From Geosiphon pyriformis uo1 (lineage: Eukaryota; Fungi; Glomeromycota): a DNA stretch of 64,000 nucleotides. Position numbers and translations under genes: made by a program. The DNA lies in the NCBI GenBank assembly GCA_016748015.1, contig JAAOMT010000067.1:62001-126000 (forward strand), written 5' to 3'. Below the pieces are notes generated by a model. The model was not told where the DNA came from, did not search any database, and saw only the letters and a program-made list of their open reading frames with translations. Below, in pieces: positions 55,291-64,000 of the stretch; position 1 is the first letter of the stretch; every line of letters starts with the position of its first letter.

Positions 55291-55963
55291 TTATTTTTGC
55301 TTGTATTCTTTGACAATTGGAACGATCTTCTTTAATTTCTTCCTCACTTTCAATCAAGGTCACCTTTTGACCTCAATTTGAGCGCTCTGCTGAGAATTCA
55401 ATTTTTCCAATTGAGATTTTAATCAAGCCACTTCTTCCTTATAAGATTCTATTTCATTAATCAGTTTTTGAACTGTTAGCTTTTTTAAACGTTCAATCTC
55501 TGCTTCTTGTTGCTTAATTTTGTCTAATAACTCTTGCTTTTGTCTTTTATTTCACTCTCATAAAATCCTCATGAGCCTCTCGTTCTTCGTGAATAGTTCA
55601 TTCAGCATTATTCAGTTGCTCTTGGAGAGAGTTTATTTGTCTTTCATAAAAAACTGGCATACTTTCCCTTTGATGAGGTAAACGAGGAAGTTGTTTTTCT
55701 TCTAGATTTTCCTTACGCCTAATGCAACGACAAAAAAGGTCAACATCTAATTTAGTTTGAAGTCTTCCACACCTTTCACATTTTGGTATTTGGTCATTCC
55801 AATACTTTGCCTCACACTCTTCGCAAACCACATCATCCGAAACATATTCACCACTATCCTTAACACGACTTATTATTTGGCGAACAGATTTGTTATCCTC
55901 ACCATAAAAGTTAGAACAAAAATCACAAGTTTCTTTACTTTCGCTATCTAAATCTAAAACCAC
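55291..55963 (-). pseudogene. Bacterial-like (code 4) Cys-rich/coiled-coil protein, gene B of a putative endobacterial insert
   Basis: CDFC..CEEC..CERC, reads through TGA at 55598, one frameshift, then KRQKQELLDKIKQQEAEIERLKK..AQIEVKR-TGA-P-TGA-LKVRKK (=WPW). Confidence 0.65.
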
Positions 55964-55983
55964 AAAAATCTAATTCTCTAATG

Positions 55984-56929
55984 CTAATTGGTTTTGATTT
56001 CTATTATAGCAATTAGTTCTTGCTCTTGATTTTTGGCTTTCTCTACTAATTTTTGGAAACCAGTTTTTATCTTGGTTCCTAATTGGCGAAATTTTATTCT
56101 GTTTGGTTTTTCTAGGTAGAGGAGGTAAAGGCTTGTCAACCGCATAGTGTAGTGACCTTTTTAATTAGCCAATTTGTGCCTCTTGTTCTTTGTTTTTCTT
56201 GCGAGATTCCTCCAACTTTTTTGAATTGTCTTCTAGTTCTTATTGAAGTTTTTTAACCAACAATTCTTGCTCATTAGCTCTATCCCTTGCTTCCCGCAAT
56301 CTCGGATTTTTCTTCGATTTCTCTTGCCTTGTTTTCCAAGTCTTCTCTTAACTCTGCTTTTTGAGCATCATTTCATTCTTTACTAATTTCAAGAGCCTCT
56401 AAGTGGGCTTCAGATCTTCTTAATCAACTTTCAATAATTTCAGCAATAAGACCTTCGTGCTCTTTGTTGCTGATTTTGTCTATTAATTCTTGAACTCAAT
56501 TTTCATTTTTTTTCGTGTCTATGGCAGGAAAAAGTTAATCGTTTTCATCTGTTGAGATGAAATATTCATAATGTTCTTGTAAGATATCTGTGATGATTTT
56601 TTTAAAGTGTTCAGCTTGTTCTTTAAAAAGAGTTAGCCCTTCACTCTTTCAAGTCAATTGCTGCTTTTCATGCTTTAACACATCAATTTCTCTGTGGAGT
56701 TTAAAGGCATTCTTTCAATACATAGTGAATTTATAAAGACATTCGATATGGACTTGTAGACTCAGGATAATAGGTTATAATGCATATCACTCAATGCTTC
56801 AACTAGTTGTCTAATTTTTTCTGGAGTTAGATTGTTGTTTTTGTTAATCCCAAATTTTTCTTTTAATTAATTATTTTTTTTTACTAGACTTTTGTTTCTC
56901 TCTTGGAGTTCATTGATTATGTTTGTCAT
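55984..56929 (-). pseudogene. Bacterial-like (code 4) coiled-coil protein, gene A of a putative endobacterial insert
   Basis: MTNIINELQERNK..; five in-frame TGA codons at 56715, 56649, 56496, 56424 and 56373; ends DKPLPPLPRK..QEQELIAIIEIKTN*; a few TAA stops and frameshifts. Confidence 0.65.
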
Positions 56930-58022
56930 AAAATTTTATTTAAATTAAGTATATAAATTATTTTAGTATTTTTTTTTTGCTTTAAAAAATTGAAAAATTT
57001 AACTTAACTTAATAACAGTAAGAATAAAATTAACAAATAATGATTGATTTTCTTCTAAATGTTTTTATTTATTAATAGTGTTGATTGGTTTTAGACATAT
57101 AAAATTTTTGAATTCATCTCAAACAAAAAGATGAATATAATTATAAAGATATTTTTGCTGTTTATGTTTTATTAAAAGAGAAAACAGCACTGGAAATAAT
57201 AAGATCTTGGTTTTTTGTATGATTTTTAAAGCTTTAAGTTTACTTAATTTTAGTAGCTTGAATTTCTAAAAAGAAGCATTAGTCACTTTTTAAGCTTAAA
57301 TCACATCTGAATTATTACTGATAAAAAAAATAATAAAACTTTTACAGACCAAAAAGCTACTTAAAGTAAGTTTTTAAACCAATTATAATGTTAAAATATT
57401 GAAAACTTTTTTTATTATTGTAATATTACACTTTATTTAGTTTGATAATACTAAATTTTTTAACTATATTTATAATATAATCTATATAATCTATCATAGT
57501 ATTATAATAAAGTCTTTTAATTAGACCAAAATTATTATTATATTTAAATTTAGTATAACTTAAAACTATAAAATTTAATTTAATATTTTTATAATAGCCA
57601 GCAATTATTAAATACAAGTAAAATCAGATAGTAATATTGTTTTTGTTTTGTCTTTTTATATTGTCACAAATAATCTTCAAATGCTTTATATTTTTATTTA
57701 ATTGTTTAATTTCATTAAAAACTAGATTAAAAATACTATTTGGATTTTTTCTAAAAAGTTTATTTTTATTTAGTACATAATTAATTTATTTATAAACTGT
57801 TTTATTTTAGATATTAAACAAATATACTTTATAAGTACTAAAATAATAAACTTTGCCAATTTGTTAATTTGAATAAAATACATAAATATTCTAAGTTTAA
57901 TTATAATTATAATAAGCAATTACATTAATACTGTAATAGAATATTTTGTTTTCAGTCAGTAAATAATTTTGTTTAACAAGTTTTTTATGTTTTTTAACTA
58001 ATTTGGTATTTTTATTATAATA

Positions 58023-60292
58023 ATTTTATATGACTATGACCAGAGCAAAGAGTAAAAAAGCTGTACCTAATATCTGTTTTGAGATATCTAATAAAATTTC
58101 AACCAGAAAAGCTCTCTTTGTTATAGAAGCAACTAAGCAAAACGTTTTAGAAGCCTTTCTTTTACCCAATAATCGTGATAAGCTGTCTTTGGTAGTCACT
58201 AAAGCAACTTTCTCATCTTTGGCTGGTTTCTTACCAGTCAAAGTTCCCTTAAAGAAACACACTTAGATTAGTCCCAGTGTTGCTTTTACCTTGACTAAAA
58301 GCCCAAAAGTTTTTAATAATAGACCAGTAAATAAGCTGGTTTTTCCCTCTATAGATTCAATATCTGGTGCTTCTAGTACCATCTTTTTAAAAAAAATGAT
58401 CAAAAAGATCAAAAGTTCAGAAAAGTGGAAGCAGTTGCTTGCCTCTGTTATTGTTACACCGAACCCCTTTGTGGTTCCCAATGAGATCTTAGATGAGATC
58501 TCCATAGCATCATCTGGCATGTTGTCCAAGATGGGCCAAGATCAATCACTGGCTGTGTTGCCAAATATGGTGTCTTCTGGCAGATCATTACCAGTTTTAG
58601 AAGCAAAGCAATCTCTTTCTGTTGGGTCATCTGTTCTTGAGAACTGGGCTGATCAAATGAAAACTGAATTATCTTCTCCTCTAATTTCTGGTGTTACTTC
58701 TGGTGGTGTTTGGAAAACTATTACTAATCATCAAAGATTTGTTGGGTGGATGGCCTCTACTCTGGTGTCTGATGCTATTTTCAAGATCAAATTGGCTCAT
58801 GTTAAGACTGTTTTTCAGTCAGTACATGGTTTCTTGGGTGCAAAGTCAGTGTCAAAAGACAATATGAAGCTGTTTTGTGTAGAGTTTGCTTCTCAAATGT
58901 CTTTGGAAGCTGCATTTTTGGTCAAGCTTACAAGCTCTGTATATTTGACCACTCTCAAAATTCCCAAGTCTTTGGTAATTTCTGAGTCTGGTTCTCCTTT
59001 TGCTACTGTTGTGCTGCATAATGTGCTCTTGGGTGTGTCTGCTGCCGACATTAAGACAGCTTTTAGTGTATTTGGTAGTGTTACTTGTGTTGTACTAAAG
59101 TCTACTGGTATTTGGCAGTATGTGGTGGTTTATTTTGAAAAGTTGGACTCTGCTGTGTCTGTTTTGAATTATTGGTCTGTCTTAGTGAGTAAAGATAGTG
59201 TTAGAATTCTTCCCTTGGTAAATCAAAATGAGACTATTTTGTTTTGTGATAGGTTTAAAGCCAAGTTAGTCAACCTTTCTTTTGGCTGTACTGCCTTTGA
59301 AATCAGTAATATGATTTTTCAGGTTGGTGGCCGGTCTTGTTTCATTCCTTAATCTTCTGATTCTGGTCATTATCTCCACTTTGCTCTAGTTACATTTGGC
59401 TTTCAAGCTGATTTGGACTTTGCTGTTGCCAATACTGGTATGCTTAGAAAGTGCCATATCTGGTAGAAAACTCTTAATTGTTAGTGTTGTTTTCAGTATC
59501 AAGAAACAAGTTACTTGGCTATAGACTGTAAAGTTGCTTCATCTCCCTTTCCTAAGGCTCTCAAGATGTTTAAACCATATTTTGTTGGTTCTTTGTCTTA
59601 TACTAAGGCATCTGCTCCCTCTGTTATGTCTGAATTTTCTTCTTTGGTGGCTTCTGTCTCTCCTGTGGCTGTTGTTAATTCTGCTGTTAGGTCCAGATTG
59701 GACTCTTTGGAAAAGCAAATTTCGGATTTGGCTGCTTTGGTAAAGTCTATTGTTGAGCCTGTTGGCTCTTTGATTGCCTTAGTATCTTGTCTCCTTGATG
59801 ATAATGCTGTTAAGACTGTTCAGTCAGAGAAAAATTTTCTTTTTATGAAATATGCTTTTAACAATTTTGCCAATCTTTTGGTTGGTATGTCTAAGAACAT
59901 TGCTTGTCTTAGATCTGAAATTGACTTTGGTGGTATGGATTATGATGATATATAGGCTGCCAAACCTTCTCTCTTAAGTGAGGATACTGTTGAGCATATT
60001 ATAACTTTGTGGCAGATGTTGGATGCTGAGGTTAGGAGTAGTGTTGAATCTACTAGATTATTTCTTAGTGAGTTTATTTTTGATTCTAGGAATCTGAATA
60101 GTGTTATTAAAAAAATTTGTGGATTGGGATTATTTCCACCTTCTATTGTTTCAGCATAGTATGTTCTCAATTGGTTCGAGTAACTAGTCACGTATAGAAA
60201 GTGCATGATTAACAGCTAGTTTAGATTATTTTTTTGGTGTATAGTACTAGATTGTTTTTGGGCTGCATTCATTAAGCAAATAAAATAAATAA
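58023..60292 (+). mobile_element. ORF1-only non-autonomous non-LTR retroelement (HAL1-like), 2270 bp
   Basis: TSD ATAATA at 58017-58022 and 60293-60298; (AAAT)n tail; single 710-codon frame; no endonuclease or RT; 3' UTR homologous to the LINE at 45460-45596. Confidence 0.8.
58030..60159 (+). pseudogene. LINE ORF1-type RNA-binding protein (RRM-like domains, degenerate CCHC knuckle, coiled coil)
   Basis: One frame with 5 in-frame stops (58264, 59350, 59464, 59482, 59953) and no frameshift; VVLHNVLLGVSAADIKTAFSVFG..YVVVYF; CFQYQETSYLAIDC; RLDSLEKQISDLAALVKSI. Confidence 0.8.
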
Positions 60293-63200
60293 ATAATAGT
60301 TTTATTTTAATTTGGCTTTAAATAAATACTTTTTATATTTTTTTTATAGGTCTTAGGTCTCTTTTTTTTGAACTTTAAATTACAAGTTATTTTACAATTA
60401 TTAACAAATATTATACAAGTCAATTTAAAAACTTATGATTTAAATATACAAAGTAATGTTATAATTTGTGAAATATATTATACTTAAAGACACATAATTT
60501 ACTATTTTTTTTTAGACCAACCAAAAAATTATACTAAACAAATTATAACTTATTTTTGTTGATAAAAAAATAATTAATTAAGTAATGCAATTAATATTTT
60601 TTATTAGACTAAACAAGCCATAAACTTTAACATAATTTAACAAAAAATTTTTAATTATAATAGTTATATCAATATTAATAATTATTTTGGTTTTTATTAT
60701 AATATTCTTTTTATATTATTAAAAATCTAAATTAAATTATTAAAAAAATATCTTGTTCAAATTTTGTTAAAGCTTAAAAGTTTTTCATAATTTAGTAAAT
60801 TCTGTTTTAAACAGTTTGACCAAATAATTACAGCTATAGTTTAATTCTAAAAAATAAATAATTTTTTATATTTATTTATAATTGTATTATTTATTATATA
60901 TATATATATATTTTATGTACAGTTTATCTGATTTTATTAAATTTTTTTTAACAGTACATATTAAAATATTTTTATATGTATATCTATGCAATTTTTCCTA
61001 GTACTTTCATTTTTTCTTTGGTTTTTAAAAATTTTTGGTAATTCTTACTTCTTAAAATTCAATTTTTTTTTGACTTTATTTAAAATTTTTTTTTTAAAAA
61101 ATAATATTTATGTTTCTATTAAAACTAACATATAATTTTTGGTAAATTTTATAGGTAATTTTTTTTTATTTAAATATTCTTAAATAGTTTTAATGTCAGA
61201 TAATTTAAAAATATAAAAAACAATTTTCTTATTTTGTTTTTGTTTTAAAATACTTCTAATGATATTGTAATTTTTTGGTTTTATAGATTTAATGTAAATT
61301 AGTTTTATATTTCTATTTTTTATACAAAAATAGTCTTATATATTTGATCAGTTTGCTATTAATTTATGCTTAAATAATTGTTAGTTTTTTATAATATTGT
61401 AACAAATTAGTAAAAAATTAAAGACTTCTTATTTATAAATTCTTTTTATTATTACTTAATTAAACTTTAACACTTATATAACTATCAAAAATTTTTTTTT
61501 GTTATATACAAACTTAAAAATTTTTATTTGTTGGCTGCTTTTCAAATATATGCTTTTATTTTTTCTTAATGTGTTTTATTAGTATTTTAAAATCGGTTTT
61601 TTAAAATATTAATTGTCTTTTATAAAACTTTAACAATAATTAATTATCTTTGCTATTATATTTAGAATTTTTTTAGTCTTAATACAACTTATTACTGTAT
61701 TAAACAATGAAAAATAAAAGAAAGTACTAAATAGTTCAGAGTTTTTGTTTACAGCCATATAAATATATTAACATGTTAATGATCTTGAATATAAGTTTTT
61801 ATTATGTTTTTAAGTAATTAACTCTTGCTTTGTACTTTTAATAACATATAAAACTCTAAAAATACTTTATCTTAAAGATAAATTAAGTTCAAACTTTAAA
61901 TTTTTATAAAAAAATGAACTAAGTCTTATCTTTTTACAAACTTCCAATAATAAATTTATATTAAGAGTTAACCAAATATTCAATTTGGCTTTCAATAAAT
62001 CTTTTGCCAAAAAAACTTTTAATAAAAAACAAAGTGGCTGTATTTTTAAGACCTAATTATATCTAAACTTATTGCAAAAAACAAGTTTATTTTGGCATAA
62101 CAAATTATGCAATATTTTAAAAATAAAGTTTTTCATAAATTTTATCTCTGTTTGTTTAATAGAAATATTGTTGTTTTAAAAGATTACTTTTGCTTATTGT
62201 TATTACTTATTTTTATGCAATTAAAATTTTGGTTTTTCTACATACAAAAAACCAGTCAAAATTATACTACTTATAAATAGAAAATGCTATACAATTGCAT
62301 TTTTAAAACATTAAAATTTAGTTAGTGAAAGAATAGTATTTGTTTAAATTAGCCAAAAATTGAGTTGAATAAATACTTTCAATATATATAACTTCTATTT
62401 TATTGATAGTTTCTTTAACTACAATAAAAAAACTTTAAAAAACAGCTTTTAAGTAGAAAACAAATACAAATTATGTATTAATTAATAATAACTTTTTAAA
62501 AAATCTGTTGTGTATAATAATATAAATATAAATTATTCTTTTATTTGCTTTATACAAAAAAAATGCCTTAAAAATAACTATAAAAAGACCATAAAACAAA
62601 ATTTTATACCAGAAAAACTAAATAATTTCAAGAAAAAATATTAATTAAACTTTTTTATCTAAAAACTATGTTAAAAGCTTATTTAAGAGACTTAACAAAA
62701 CAATAAATACAAGTAACATGACTAAACTGGATTTGTTCATCTATTTTAAAAGAATTAAAAACTTTAACATGATGCAAATATGAAATAAAGCTGTAAAAAA
62801 ATATAAAATGACTATTTTAAACAATATTTTTAATTTTAGTATTTTACTTATTATCTTTTTATAAAGTTTTAGTTCTAGGATAGTCTTGATCAAACAAAAT
62901 AAAAAATATAGATAATAATAACTACTATATTATTATAATTACTCTATAGCAAATTGTTTAAAACAAACACAGTCTTTTCAATATAAAACAGCAATTAGTT
63001 TTTAAACAAAAAATTAACTATTAAATATTTAAAACTTTTTACAATATTATTTAAAAAACAACAGACATGATAAAATTTATGTTATTTTAAAATATATGGG
63101 TAATTTATTATTATATTAATTTTTATCAAATTAGATTATTTTAGAAAATATATACTTTTTTATAAGTACTTTAGATACTAAATGTTTCAATCTAATAGAG

Positions 63201-64000
63201 ATATTTCTTTAAAGTTATAATTTTAGAAAGTATAATTCTTTAATTAATATAGCTTTAATTCCGAAAAATATGTTATCTTTAATTGAAACCAGGTTTTTTT
63301 TTAATACTTTAAAAATCTATTTTATGGTTGTATTAATAGCATAGTACAGAAAAAGTTCAAGTAAATAAAAATAATTACAATGAATTTTTAATTTTTTGTA
63401 ATATATAAACACTATTATTGTTATAAAATTATAGTATTAATCTTATTTTTATTTCTCAGGCTTTTTTTACAAATATAAAAAAAGATTAATTCGAAAAAAA
63501 TAAAGTCTTTAATAATTACTAATATAACAGATTACTACACAATTTACCAAATATTATTAAAAAATATATATATATCTATAACAAATATGTATAAAAATAA
63601 TATTTACAATAAAAATTTGTGTAATATTATCTAAATTTTTTTTAAGTACATTTTACTTCAGTTAGAATGACACAGTATTAAGATATTTAAAAGCAAAAAG
63701 TCATAAAGAAGCAAACAAAAAAAAAGCAGTATAGTTTAAATTAAAAGTTCAGAAATTCAAAGTATTAAATATTTTGTCTTATAAATAAATTAACAATAAC
63801 TATTGCCAATAAATGGCTTATATTTATAGTATAAAAAATTAAAAAAAAGCTGTAACAATTTTTTGTAGTTATTTACCAGAGATATATAGCATAAAAGTAA
63901 ATAAAATAAGCAGAACATAAATATTAATACAGTATTTCCAAATATTAAGAATATAAAAAAAAAATAAAAATAAAAATAAAAATAAAAAAATCAAGACTAA

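Larger units (their letters stand above)
57040..60740 (-). mobile_element. Heavily decayed Sola-like DNA transposase, split by a retroelement at 58023-60292
   Basis: HLKIICDNIKRQNKNNITI*FY (DNxGGQNKN-like), FIVLSYTKFKYNNNFG (GHTKFxCDxxFG-like), C-terminal YLYNYIHLFV*DEFKNFICLKP; on the far side KNFLLNYVKVYGLFS and IDLYNIC; frame continuous across the insertion site. Confidence 0.6.

Noticed and set aside
55236-56935. NUMT explanation for the TGA=Trp frames
   Set aside because: Fungal mitochondria also use code 4, but these hydrophilic coiled-coil/Cys proteins resemble no respiratory subunit, homing endonuclease or plasmid polymerase; not formally excluded without a search.
1-64000. rRNA, tRNA, CRISPR arrays, telomeric repeats
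   Set aside because: None recognised by eye; tRNAscan-SE and Infernal were not run.

Overview
AT-rich eukaryotic (fungal) nuclear DNA with short GT-AG introns, many microsatellites and two N gaps. The gene content (BTB-BACK-TLDc, Sel1 repeats plus tyrosine-kinase-like kinases, MATA-type HMG box, class 3 lipase) and the TE families point to a Glomeromycotina/Mucoromycota fungus, possibly Geosiphon-like (inference). Four genes look functional: a 4-exon PLAC8 gene, a class 3 lipase with Gly at the catalytic Ser position, a small multi-exon membrane protein (one splice junction unresolved) and a 713-aa HMG-box transcription factor. The rest is pseudogenes and nested transposons: a Tc1 in a BTB-TLDc gene, a Tc1 in an intron-containing Ginger element, a LINE 3' fragment, a decayed Sola-like element and AT-saturated ghost repeats. 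Three observations stand out. (1) A 2.27-kb ORF1-only retroelement with a TSD and (AAAT)n tail carries the same 3' UTR as the RT-type LINE elsewhere in the window, i.e. a HAL1-like non-autonomous LINE partner. (2) A 1.65-kb pair of intronless, operon-spaced genes reads through only if TGA=Trp, consistent with Mollicutes-related endobacterial DNA integrated in the nuclear genome. (3) Repeats show graded, RIP-like G:C to A:T decay.
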